From Desulfobacterales bacterium (GTDB taxonomy: Bacteria > Desulfobacterota > Desulfobacteria > Desulfobacterales > DTYH01), in NCBI GenBank assembly GCA_012961955.1, contig DTYH01000048.1, forward strand, positions 1 through 62,563: 62,563 bases of DNA, written 5' to 3'. This document shows positions 1 through 9,293 of the stretch, piece after piece. The notes beneath the pieces were generated by a model. It saw only the letters and a program-made list of their open reading frames with translations, had not been told where the DNA came from and did no database searches. Each line of letters begins with the position of its first letter. Position 1 is the first letter of the stretch. The position numbers and the translations under genes are program-made.

Positions 1-290
1 CTTGCTGCTGTGTGCACTGTTTTTCCTTATAGTGATCATCAAAGGTGCCTGTTCCATAAGATGGGCGATCTGCAGGCCAAATGCCCCAAGACAGAGTGGC
101 CATTGATCAATCTGATTTATATCTGTAAGCATGGCACTTATCTGGACCGCGCCGAAAATCAGTGGACTTGCCGGCTGTGGTCGAAGAGGAATAACGAGGA
201 CGAGCACTGGTTTGGCGTTTACCTGGCTGCAACAGGTAACTTCATTTTCCCCAGGACAGCGCCCTGGAAAGATACTTCTTCTCAGGGGGG
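1..290 (+). pseudogene. IS256/Mutator-family transposase, C-terminal fragment
   Basis: Frame +1 from the window edge reads VFPYSDHQRCLFHKMGDLQAKCPKTEW...FIFPRTAPWKDTSS, resembling the QRCxVHxxRN...FP..W region of IS256-type transposases. The N-terminus lies outside the window. After ~290 the frame runs into the antisense of a truncated kinase gene. Confidence 0.5.
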
Positions 291-641
291 AGGGGCCTTT
301 GGTTCTTCGGGAAGCCGCCTGCCGTTGGCAATTACTTCTCCTTTCCGATTCGAAATAATCGCCACGGTATCACGGGACGTTAGATCGCGAGCTAAGACAA
401 GGACATTTTGACAATTACGCTTCAAGTAGGGAAGATGCGACTTTGCCAGACCATTATCAAGAATCCAATGTTCTATAATAGGCTTTGCCCGGGCACGTAA
501 ATGGCTACTCTTATTGCTGATAAACAACTGCCAAATATTCCAGTAAGAATAGCATCCCACCAAGACCACGGAAAAAATCAGCAAAGCAGCATAAAGCAGG
601 CTGAGCCGCGCCCGCAAGGAAAGTCTTTCCCATGCCTTCAT
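282..641 (-). pseudogene. sensor histidine kinase, N-terminal remnant only
   Basis: 119-aa ORF directly after the response regulator, with an N-terminal TM helix (LSLLYAALLIFSVVLVGCY). It stops at 282 with no HisKA/HATPase region, and the break coincides with the transposase fragment. Confidence 0.55.
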
Positions 642-1332
642 GGGCCTGTCTCCTCAGGCTAACATAGCCTACGGCGTTGATGGTCCTGATCAGGCGCGGG
701 GGGTCGCCCAGCTTGCGGCGCAGATGACTGACGTGGACGTCGATGACGTTGGTACCCCAGTCATAATTGTAGCCAAGCACCCGGTTTAGAAGCATCTCCC
801 TGGGAAAAGCGCGGTGCGGATGGCGGATGAAAAGTTCCAGCAGGCCAAATTCCGTTGGCGTAAGGTCGATTCTCCTCCCGTTCCTGGTGACTTCCCGGCT
901 TTCCATATCAAGCACGATACTCCCGGCCCGCAATTTTTTGTTTTCGCGAGCCTTTCCACTGCGGCGTAACAGTGCCCGGATGCGGGCCACAAGTTCGTCG
1001 AAACTGAAGGGCTTGGTCAAATAATCGTCGGCCCCGCTATCCAGTCCTTTTACCCGATCGGAGATTTCCTTTTTGACCGTAAGCATAAGGATAGGGACAT
1101 CTAATCCGTAGGTGCGGATGCGTCGGCAGACATCAAAGCCGTCGATGTCCGGAAGCATGATATCCAGTATTACCAGATCAAACGTGGTCTGACGTAAGAC
1201 TTCGAGCCCTGCCTTACCAGTACTCCGTGATGTCACCTCATAGCCTTCATACTTCAGGCCCATATGCAAAAATTCGGTAATCACAGGGTCATCTTCAATA
1301 ACTAAAATTTTCATTTCATTATTTTTTTTCAT
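511..1332 (-). CDS. OmpR/PhoB-family response regulator
   Basis: Receiver domain (MKILVIEDDP...DLVILDIMLPDIDG...KP) plus winged-helix domain (LTPTEFGLLELF...VGY). The ORF runs ~45 codons past the usual end after VGY, overlapping the kinase remnant. Confidence 0.9.
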   Translation of the reverse strand: MKKNNEMKILVIEDDPVITEFLHMGLKYEGYEVTSRSTGKAGLEVLRQTTFDLVILDIMLPDIDGFDVCRRIRTYGLDVPILMLTVKKEISDRVKGLDSGADDYLTKPFSFDELVARIRALLRRSGKARENKKLRAGSIVLDMESREVTRNGRRIDLTPTEFGLLELFIRHPHRAFPREMLLNRVLGYNYDWGTNVIDVHVSHLRRKLGDPPRLIRTINAVGYVSLRRQAHEGMGKTFLAGAAQPALCCFADFFRGLGGMLFLLEYLAVVYQQ

Positions 1333-1867
1333 CCATACTCATAATATAAATGGTGCCATTTCTATTTTAGAGAATCAAGTTATTCCTAAAAGGTAGCCTC
1401 CCGCGGTCAAGCGTATGACCTGCGTGGACGCCCTGGTCCTCCCGTGCCTGCGCCGCTACGCAGCGCGGCAGAAAGGGACAACGGCAAGGAGTGCAAGCCC
1501 CGGCATTACGAAAAAACCCAAAGAACCGTTACCCAGGCCCTTCCTACCCCTCGTCCTTCGGGCGCACCGGTGTGCAGTACGTCCGATTCCGCTATCCTAC
1601 GGGATTATGAAAAGATCTTGCGTACCAATGTGTTAGATGATACCCTACTGTTAGAAAATGGTTATGAAGAGGGTAGCAGGCAGGGAGTCGTAGTAAAAAG
1701 TTCGGGGCCGCTCAGATTTTATTTGCCTCACCAGGCCTGTTTTTTCTCATGATTTCATTTAAAGGCAATTCTTAATTCAAAGATCAAATTGACGGTAGTA
1801 AAAGGCAGATCGAGCAAAAAAGGGCGATGATATTCTTTAGGTAGGCCCAAGAGGGAAAGCAAGTCTC

Positions 1868-3184
1868 ATGAAGAAGCGTGCCATATTAATCAGGATCCTG
1901 GTAATAAGCATAATGATGGCATTCAGCATCATAGAAACAAAGGGAGTTCAAGCCTCAGAGACCTGTATTGAGTGCCATAAAAAAATTACCCCAGGCCAGG
2001 TCAAGGACTGGAGTGTCAGCAAACATGCTGAAAACGAAGTGTTCTGTTCAACATGTCATGGAGGGGCTCATCAGAGTGCCGGAGACGTGGCAAAGATAAT
2101 TCTGCCTGATGAACATGTATGTGCCGAGTGCCATGAGGACCAGTTCGAATCATTTAAAAAGGGCAAGCACCAGTTTGGCTGGATATCCATGAATACTTTC
2201 CACATCACCCATGTGGAACCTGATAATTTAATGGAGGGCGGAAAAGGCTGCGGTGGCTGCCACAACATGGGTATCAAGACGGAGGCCCAAAAAAAGGAGC
2301 AATCCCAGAAGGGTTATCGTTACCAAAACAATTCTTGTGACGAATGCCATACCAGGCACAGCTTCTCCAAAAAGGAAGCACGGGACCCTCAGGCATGCCA
2401 ACAGTGCCATATGGGCTATGATCATCCTCAGTGGGAAATGTGGTCCAGCTCCAAGCACGGATCCCGCTGGTTTGCCAAGCAAAGGGGGGCCCTCCCTAAA
2501 GATGCTCAAGCCCCCACCTGCCAGAGCTGTCATCTGCCTGACGGCACCCACAATAACAGGACTGCATGGGGATTTCTAGGCGTACGCCTTCCCCTTCCAG
2601 AGGACAAACAGTGGGCAGCCGACCAGCGTACTATTCTCAAAGCTCTTGGTGTGCTGAACCCTGAGACCGGGAAACCCACTGCAAGGCTTGAGGCAGTCAA
2701 GGCAATGCGTCTTGCAAGGCTTGACAGGGAATCTTTTCAGGAAGAGCGCGACAAGATGATCAAGCGCTGTGCCCGGTGCCATTCGGAAAGATACGCTAGA
2801 AAACAACTTGAGATGGCAGACAAGATGATAAGACAGACCGATCGGCTCCTGGCAGAGGCCATAGAAATTGTTGCCGGGCTTTACAAGGATGGCATTTTGA
2901 AGAAGCATGCTGACCAGCTGTTTGGTTATCCTGACTTTTTTTACTTTATGAGGACTGACTACAGCCCTGCCTCTAGTGAGAGCTATAAGAGGCTCCCTGC
3001 GGGCATGTCTTACATAGAACAGGTCCTTTTTCAGATGTATATGAAACACCGTATGCGGTCATACCAGGCATTCTTCCATATGAATCCGGACTATGCCTAT
3101 TGGTACGGGTGGGCCATGATGACAAAGGATCTCGGTCACATAAAGGCCCTTGCAGCCGAGATGAGGGCCACACACATGAAGTAG
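1868..3184 (+). CDS. octahaem c-type cytochrome, hydroxylamine oxidoreductase (HAO) family
   Basis: N-terminal hydrophobic signal or anchor helix, then eight CXXCH motifs in 438 aa (CIECH, CSTCH, CAECH, CGGCH, CDECH, CQQCH, CQSCH, CARCH). Motif contexts such as CQQCHMGYDHPQWE fit HAO-like octahaem proteins. Confidence 0.8.
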   Translation: MKKRAILIRILVISIMMAFSIIETKGVQASETCIECHKKITPGQVKDWSVSKHAENEVFCSTCHGGAHQSAGDVAKIILPDEHVCAECHEDQFESFKKGKHQFGWISMNTFHITHVEPDNLMEGGKGCGGCHNMGIKTEAQKKEQSQKGYRYQNNSCDECHTRHSFSKKEARDPQACQQCHMGYDHPQWEMWSSSKHGSRWFAKQRGALPKDAQAPTCQSCHLPDGTHNNRTAWGFLGVRLPLPEDKQWAADQRTILKALGVLNPETGKPTARLEAVKAMRLARLDRESFQEERDKMIKRCARCHSERYARKQLEMADKMIRQTDRLLAEAIEIVAGLYKDGILKKHADQLFGYPDFFYFMRTDYSPASSESYKRLPAGMSYIEQVLFQMYMKHRMRSYQAFFHMNPDYAYWYGWAMMTKDLGHIKALAAEMRATHMK

Positions 3185-4149
3185 TCTCTGTTTCATAAAC
3201 CATTGAATAGCTCCAAGTTGCCAGGGGCGCTCTTGACCACCCGCAGCACGATGTTATCTGCTCTATGCGCTAGCTCCTTGAATTTGGGTGCCACCGAGCC
3301 CCCGAATATTCCCAGATTCTTCACAAGCTTTCCATTCTTGAACGTACTACCCCGCATCTTGTCTCCCTCTCCTACGGCTGGTGCCACTATCTACTTCCCC
3401 TAGAACAAGAAAAATGTGGAGATAAGATTGGCTGGTCAAATGCACTGTAGAAGTTTATGGCTGCTTCGAGTCTCCTCGGGACAACTCAAGTCTCTATTCA
3501 TTTTCAAGAAAGGCTGCAAAGGCTCGGCCGTCACCATGTCTCCCAAATTCAGGCATGGATGATGCTTTATAAGATACGAGTTTTCGTTTCTGAGGTAACC
3601 CTGCTCACTTGCGCTTAGATACGCTCAAGACCCCACGCAAGTTGAGGAACTCATAGTTCGGCTAGTCGATCCAAAAATCTTCGCGCTCAAATCGTAATAT
3701 TCCTTTTTTCCACCATGTATGCGCTTTTGTTGATTACGTTCTTATCGTGCACAAACACTCCCCCGGAACAATCAGTTTTTTTCGTTTACATCTCTCAAGA
3801 AATCACTATCCTAATTTCTAGTTCGCACTATCCTTCGTATCTATCCAATAACTGTCATTTTTGGATAGGGGCATTCAACGCTCAGCCGTAGGCCTTCAGT
3901 GCAAAAAACAAGGGATTAAGAACCCACAAACCAGGAGTAACTAGATGGGGTCAAACCTTTGTTGTTGACAATTTCTTTTCTCTCCCCACTTCAAGTCTTT
4001 TGATCTCTTCATCCTTCTCAAGGTAATCCCTGAAACTCTTTCGATCCTGACTCACTGTCGGATAATCCAGCCCCTTTAACCTTCCGATCTCCGATTCCTT
4101 CAACCCTTCAAAACGACAAACAAACTCACTACGGTTTTGTAGTCATACT

Positions 4150-4915
4150 TTCAAGGGTGAGGAAACCCCAACGCCAAGCCGCAAACAGAGGTGGAGCTGG
4201 TGGAGTGCTGGATGGTGGCGCCTCTGCGAAAGAGGACATTTTTTAGTAAAGAGGAAATAAATGAGGTATCAAACCGCTGGTTGAGGCTCTTAATGGTGGA
4301 GAGATGAAGCACCTTGGGAAAAATCGTCGTGACTTCTTGAATCTGTTGACAGGCCAGCAATAAAACCCTTCCCCAGAGGCATACGAGTGTACACAAAGGA
4401 AGATGGGCTCTCTGGTTTTAACTATCACGCGAACTTTAAGAAACACTACCATAGTGTTCTGTACACCGTTATTTGCAACAATGTGGAAATCAAGACCACC
4501 AGCAGGATTGCGGAAATATTTCACAGGTGCCGGAGGGTGGCATCTCATTTGAGGGATGATATTCTGGGTAGATATGCTACGGAAGAGTTCCGTATGCCCT
4601 CAAGGCCTAAGAGACGGAAGGAGAACTGGTCTCGTGAGACGTTTATCAGATGTACTCTCCATAGTATTGGTCCACAGAGTTGTGAGTTTATAAAGGAACT
4701 TCTTGGCTCAAAACGCCATCCTGAGCAGGCCTATAAGTCTTGAATGGGGTATTGAAACTGGAAAGACAAATAGCCAGTGCCCAGAGACTGGAGAACGCCT
4801 GCAGAATAGCCAATGAGTCAAACCTTTACTCCTGCAGGCATATAAAGACCATCTTGAAAAACAGTATGCACAGCATCTCCCAGACTACTCCTCTAACGCT
4901 TATCTATGCTTTAAC
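4150..4915 (+). pseudogene. istA: IS21 IstA transposase remnant (middle and C-terminal parts)
   Basis: Fragments HYHSVL...VEIKTTSRIAEIFHRCRRVASHLR...RHPEQAYKS*..LKLERQIASAQRLENACRIANESNLYSCRHIKTILKN match the IstA C-terminal region. There is an in-frame stop at 4741 and frame breaks upstream. Confidence 0.65.
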
Positions 4916-4965
4916 CATGAATATGTTCGGGGTCAAAACTGTTATCATTAGTGGAGGGTATAGCT

Positions 4966-5580
4966 ATGTTGTTTCAGCCAGTTATTGCAAAATTACGAGA
5001 TATGCGTCTCTATGGCATGTTGTCATGTTATATAGTATGGAAAAGGGGCAGATAATCCAGAGTACAAGAAGTTGAGTTTCGAAGAAAGACTCGGGGTTAC
5101 TCGTGGATCGGGAATGGCCATCAGGCAGGATAGGAAGCTCAAAAAGAGGATCAGGAATGCCCTGTTCAAAGACAAGGCCTATATAGAAGACCTGGACTTT
5201 ACGGGATCCTGCCTGCAAGCATGGCTTTACGGTTTTGTACGCTCAGATGCCAAAACTCTTCAGAGAACTTGAGCCAGCCCCATAGAGATGGTTCTTATGA
5301 TGAGATGCTGACCAGCCTGTCAAAGACTTATTTGCTTATACTGGAATTGGCTTATTGATGGCCTGTCCTTTATTCAAAACAAGGATATGGTGGGAATCCC
5401 GGGTGAGAGGTACAACAAGGCATCAACCGTACTCGCTACCCAGTTGCCTGTCCCAGATGGCAGTCTCGCTTTGAAGAGCCAAGACTTACAGTTGCCGTAA
5501 TGGAGAGGGTAGTACCCAATGCTTATAGAAGGGAATTGAAAGGAGAGTCGATGCGAAAAAAAAACAAAAATCGTTGGCTC
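4966..5580 (+). pseudogene. istB: IS21 IstB helper ATPase remnant
   Basis: GGAGGG SD plus ATG at 4966 (MLFQPVIAKLRDMRLYGM), a frameshift to LSFEERLG...RKLKKRIRNALFKDKAYIEDLDF, and later LLILELAY and ELKGESMRKK pieces. The Walker A region is missing. Confidence 0.65.
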
Positions 5581-5739
5581 AACCCGGCCCACTAGGCCAT
5601 TGTTAATATACTCAGTGCTGCTATTAAAGATGGGTAGCCCGATAATTTAAGAATCACCGGCCGGTTTCATCGGAATACCCAAGATGCTCATAAAGTGAAC
5701 AAAATCGACTTATTGCCAGATCGTCAAACTTCACTAATT

Positions 5740-6564
5740 TCAAAACAGATGATGCCGTTTGGATCGTAGATAATGTTCCGCGAGAAAATTTAGAGGTTTT
5801 TTTGCTTTCTGAAAGTTCTCGTGAAGAGCCCAGAAGACATCAGCTATTTTCAATTCTTTGGCTGACGGATGTTCTGCCGCCAGTCTGTAGAATTTCTGGC
5901 CTTCTTTTTCATAGTCTTCTGGCCTGATCCGCATTTTTCCAGGAATCTGAGCTCTTATGTCACGTGAGAAGGGATAACGGTATTCCCTTTCCACATAATC
6001 GGGAAATATGCCCAATATGAAGAGACAAATATCTGCGATTCTTTTGTACAGACCGAATTTAAGCGGATTCTCTACTGCTTCGCAGAAGCTCATCAGACTG
6101 TAGATATCCATGTCACTGAAACGGATTTTTCTCCAGATTCCTTTCTTTACTCTAAATGAAATTGTATAGCTTTCAACCTTGGTGAACGATGAAAGCATAT
6201 CAGCCAAATAGACCAGGATAAACTTGCTGTCTAGAAGCTCCACCACGTCTTTGGTATCAAATACAGGAACTCTGACAGTGCCCGTCTTCTCAATTGTAAA
6301 GCTCGACTCCTTTAGATCGTTTACCGCTTTCCTGAGCAGGATCTCAAAGAAGAGCATGGGCGAAATTTTCAAGAATATTTCATCGTCGTCCATAACTTTT
6401 CGGAAGACTTTTTCATCAGCAATGAAGGTATTTCTGAAATCTTCATCCTCCCTGATGATCTGTTTGAGCCTCCGCTTGTCTGAAACATTGGGAGCCGCAG
6501 CGTTTATTAAGAAATCCAGATCTGCATCAGAGAGTCTCGGCTTTTTTAGATTTCTTATCGACAT
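5740..6564 (-). CDS. hypothetical protein (no family recognised)
   Basis: Intact 274-aa ORF with protein-like composition. No catalytic or binding motif recognised by eye. Confidence 0.55.
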   Translation of the reverse strand: MSIRNLKKPRLSDADLDFLINAAAPNVSDKRRLKQIIREDEDFRNTFIADEKVFRKVMDDDEIFLKISPMLFFEILLRKAVNDLKESSFTIEKTGTVRVPVFDTKDVVELLDSKFILVYLADMLSSFTKVESYTISFRVKKGIWRKIRFSDMDIYSLMSFCEAVENPLKFGLYKRIADICLFILGIFPDYVEREYRYPFSRDIRAQIPGKMRIRPEDYEKEGQKFYRLAAEHPSAKELKIADVFWALHENFQKAKKPLNFLAEHYLRSKRHHLF

Positions 6565-6640
6565 CTTGAACCCTCCTTTTGTTTACGCCGTTAGAAAAAC
6601 CGTGTGCGAAAGCCCAGGATATATTATACCTTCTCCTCCC

Positions 6641-6724
6641 TCCCGTTAGATTTGCCGAAGGGGAACCCTATCTAATGGAGTGAATGCGGGGTTTAATGCC
6701 ATGTGCAAAATTCTAACGGCGTTT
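6641..6724. repeat. family-3 hairpin element (diverged copy)
   Basis: Outer stem CCCGTTAGA...TTCTAACGGCG, as in the other family-3 copies. Confidence 0.6.
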
Positions 6725-7050
6725 ACATAGCCTAAGATCGTATCGTGAGATGTTGCCAATTGAACTCCCCTTGATCAAGGGTGAAGGTTCCAGAATGTGT
6801 AGTCCCTATTATATCGACTTTGATATGTTTAGTCCAGTATTTGGTCAATCTTAGCTTTTCAGATGGGAATTTTTTGTCTCGATGGTAGCTTTATTGTCAC
6901 ACGCATGCCAATATATACCTTGCTATACACGCCGAAAATTGGCCTGCTATGTTCGTCGATGATCCCATGTATATGGTTATCGGTCATATGTGGAGAGGAC
7001 TGTTTCCCTATATGGGACAAACCGAGGAAGGTGTTTCTTGTGAGAGAATG

Positions 7051-7077
7051 TATGGTCCGATCCCGGATCGGACCATA
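7051..7077. repeat. 27-nt perfect palindrome
   Basis: TATGGTCCGATCC-C-GGATCGGACCATA. Confidence 0.9.
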
Positions 7078-7099
7078 GGTCATCTTTACGACATCTCCA

Positions 7100-7613
7100 T
7101 CTCCTCAGTGATAGGCTTGCAAATATCATGCAATCCTAATCTAGTTACCCGTTTCTCAATGTACTTTTATATCGCGAGAAATCTGAAGCATCCCAGGGAT
7201 ATCCCGTAGATGTTCTTCTGATTCTCCTTGTTTACAATATCGGATCTTCATGATTATCCAATCCTCAGGTGAAGAAAAGTTTGCTTGGACATCTTCAATC
7301 CGAGAGATTCTTCTCATCCGTTCAAAACGAGCATTCCCAGAGGCGTCTTTTTTTATTAATAATAATGCCGATTTTTAATCCAGATGATGGATGTTAAGTC
7401 TATATTTTTATGTTTGACTGCATCGCGAATGGCATCTTCACTTATCTAGAATTGATCTTTGGGGGAAGAATTTTGACAGTTTTGAAACATGTTCTTCCTT
7501 GATATCTGCCACTACGTCAATATCATTCTTAAACTCGGCTCTCCATAAAGGATAGAACCAACAGAGCCTGTAACAAAGTATCTTATACCAAGTTTTTCAG
7601 AGACGTTGATCAT
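7100..7613 (-). pseudogene. nucleotidyltransferase-fold protein, multiply frameshifted
   Basis: Pieces in three frames: MINVSEKLGIRYFVTGSVGSILYGEP / FKNDIDVVADIKEEHVSKL / ISEDAIRDAVKHKNI / SPEDWIIMKIRYCKQGESEEHLRDI. These follow the G-S...DIDVV nucleotidyltransferase pattern but are interrupted by several stops. Confidence 0.5.
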
Positions 7614-7626
7614 ATATTGGAGGAGT

Positions 7627-7842
7627 TCATGTGGCTCTATGAGATAGGCTCTTAGCTACTTCATGTTGAGCGTTCTTATCATCCCAGCCTGGATATAGCG
7701 AATGGAGATGGGTTGTTGATAGCTTCTTTGCACAACTCAACATATTAAATGCAATAGCAAACTTCTCTTGAGGATTCTTTTTTCTCACCACCTTGATCAT
7801 TTCATCGTTTAAGATTTCAAAATTTCTTTTGTCAAGCTCCAT
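7627..7842 (-). CDS. small partner protein upstream of the decayed nucleotidyltransferase (antitoxin-like)
   Basis: 71-aa ORF (MELDKRNFEILNDEMIKV...) whose TGA overlaps an ATG of the downstream remnant (ATGA). The function call rests on context only. Confidence 0.35.
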   Translation of the reverse strand: MELDKRNFEILNDEMIKVVRKKNPQEKFAIAFNMLSCAKKLSTTHLHSLYPGWDDKNAQHEVAKSLSHRAT

Positions 7843-8326
7843 ATCTACCCCATAGTAAAGTCGAAAACTCTTTTTTTGACAGACTCGGTTCACCTCTCGC
7901 CTTACATCTTTCCCATCGGACGGTTCATAACCACTAAAAATTCAGGTGTTGGACCTAAGCAGAAGAAAATCACATTAGTCCCCACAGTAATCTTATCACA
8001 TTATAAGCTAAGATATTCAGAATGTAAAAGGAGAAAGTTCCGAGAAGAAAGTAACAACTCTCTCTTGAAGGGACTTTTCAAGAAAATGTACCACCTCGGG
8101 CCCAAGGGGACACATTCCCTAAGTACTTAATATCTTTCAATCTTGTTGAATTACTTGACCTGTACCTCCTCGCCCATAGGTCGGTATGCCACCGGCCTGC
8201 GAACTGGAACGTAGGGCCGCGATAGATTTGCGCCAGCCGATGCCCTCACTGGCCTGGTGACGGCATGTTCGTGGAACAGCTCCTCGATTGTGAGGTATCT
8301 GTGCAATTATCTTGAAAATTTTTATA

Positions 8327-8369
8327 TTGACAAAATCGCCATGACAGCCTAAACTTAGCTAAACTTAGA
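8327..8369 (+). promoter_or_regulatory. putative sigma70 promoter with direct-repeat operator for the toxin-antitoxin pair
   Basis: TTGACA (8327-8332), a 17-nt spacer, then TAAACT (8350-8355). It overlaps the tandem TAAACTTAGC/TAAACTTAGA, ~25 nt upstream of the antitoxin GTG. Confidence 0.4.
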
Positions 8370-8391
8370 TCGAGCAAAGGGGGGATCGGCC

Positions 8392-8628
8392 GTGAAAATT
8401 GTCAACATGCATCGGGCAAAGAGTGAGCTATCGCGCCTGGTAGAAGAGGTACTGGCCGGCAAGGAGATAATCCTCGCACGTGCAGGTAAGCCCCTGGTCC
8501 GTCTTATTGCTTACGAGTACGATCAACGGGCACGAAGACCAGGCCGTTTCAAAGGGAAGATCAGGATTGATCCAGATTTTGATCATACTCCGGAAGGGGT
8601 CGTCAGGGCCTTTGAGGGGGGAGAATGA
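8392..8628 (+). CDS. Phd/YefM-type antitoxin
   Basis: 78 aa, N-terminus MKIVNMHRAKSELSRLVEEVLAGKEIILARAGKPLVRL. There is a 4-nt overlap (ATGA) with the downstream PIN gene. Confidence 0.8.
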   Translation: MKIVNMHRAKSELSRLVEEVLAGKEIILARAGKPLVRLIAYEYDQRARRPGRFKGKIRIDPDFDHTPEGVVRAFEGGE

Positions 8629-9008
8629 AGCGTTTGCTCCTGGATACGTGTGTATTCTTATGGTGGTTGACAGATGAACCTTCTATGGCTGAGAGGGCAA
8701 AGGCGGCAATTGCAGACCCACTGAATCAGGTGTATGTAAGTGCAGCTACAACCTGGGAGATTTCCATCAAGAAGACCCTGGGCAAGCTGGATGCGCCTGA
8801 TGATCTGGAAAGAATTGTTGAAGAGGAATATTTTATCAAACTTCCTATTTCATTATATCATGGAGAGATGGCCGGTCGATTGCCTTCTCACCACCCTGAT
8901 CCCTTTGACCGAATGCTGATAGCCCAAGCCCAGGCAGAGGGCCTGACAATCGTTACGGGGGATAAGCGATTTGCAAGATATGGAGTAAAGATCCTTTGGG
9001 CAAGATGA
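8625..9008 (+). CDS. vapC: PIN-domain toxin (VapC)
   Basis: LLLDTCVFLWW at the N-terminus and DPFDRMLIAQAQAEGLTIVTGDKRF near the C-terminus are typical PIN acidic-residue contexts. Confidence 0.85.
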   Translation: MKRLLLDTCVFLWWLTDEPSMAERAKAAIADPLNQVYVSAATTWEISIKKTLGKLDAPDDLERIVEEEYFIKLPISLYHGEMAGRLPSHHPDPFDRMLIAQAQAEGLTIVTGDKRFARYGVKILWAR

Positions 9009-9206
9009 TGTTGAAAAAGGGGGAATCGGATTCAGATCTTTTTCTGCTGGACCCGGGAATGGGTCGTTCCTTGTGGGTTATATGGTGGTGTGGCAACGGT
9101 CTGCTGACCAGGATGTAGGTGGCCGTTTTTCAAATGGCCCGCAATAGCCTATAGGGAGCTACGCAGAAAGACTTTTGCAAAGAGCTAAAGTCTTACAATA
9201 AATCAT

Positions 9207-9270
9207 GATGGTCTCAAAAAAGTCCAAAATTGCTCAAAGTCGTTCACAAAAGACCTTTTACGAGACCATC
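9207..9270. mobile_element. family-1 MITE, short hairpin form
   Basis: GATGGTCTCAAAAAAGTCC...GACCTTTTACGAGACCATC terminal inverted repeats. Confidence 0.75.
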
Positions 9271-9293
9271 AACCGTGTAGGAGAGTGATAAAG

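Larger units (their letters stand above)
3960..5580. mobile_element. decayed, rearranged IS21-family element
   Basis: istA-like and istB-like reading frames on the plus strand are broken by stops, frameshifts and deletions. An HTH-like piece (LKESEIGRLKGLDYPTVSQDRKSFRDYL) lies inverted on the minus strand at ~3960-4135. Confidence 0.7.

Noticed and set aside
1540-1575. Minus-strand GTGCGCCCGAAGG resembling a group II intron 5' end (GUGCG)
   Set aside because: Only ~235 nt remain before the regulator start. No domain V-like hairpin and no reverse-transcriptase ORF are present, so this is most likely coincidence.
3193-3387. 64-aa minus-strand ORF (…GSTFKNGKLVKNLGIFGGSVAPKFKELAHRADNIVLRVV…) just after the HAO gene
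   Set aside because: It looks protein-like and may be another mobile-element relic, but I recognise no family and the upstream frame is broken.
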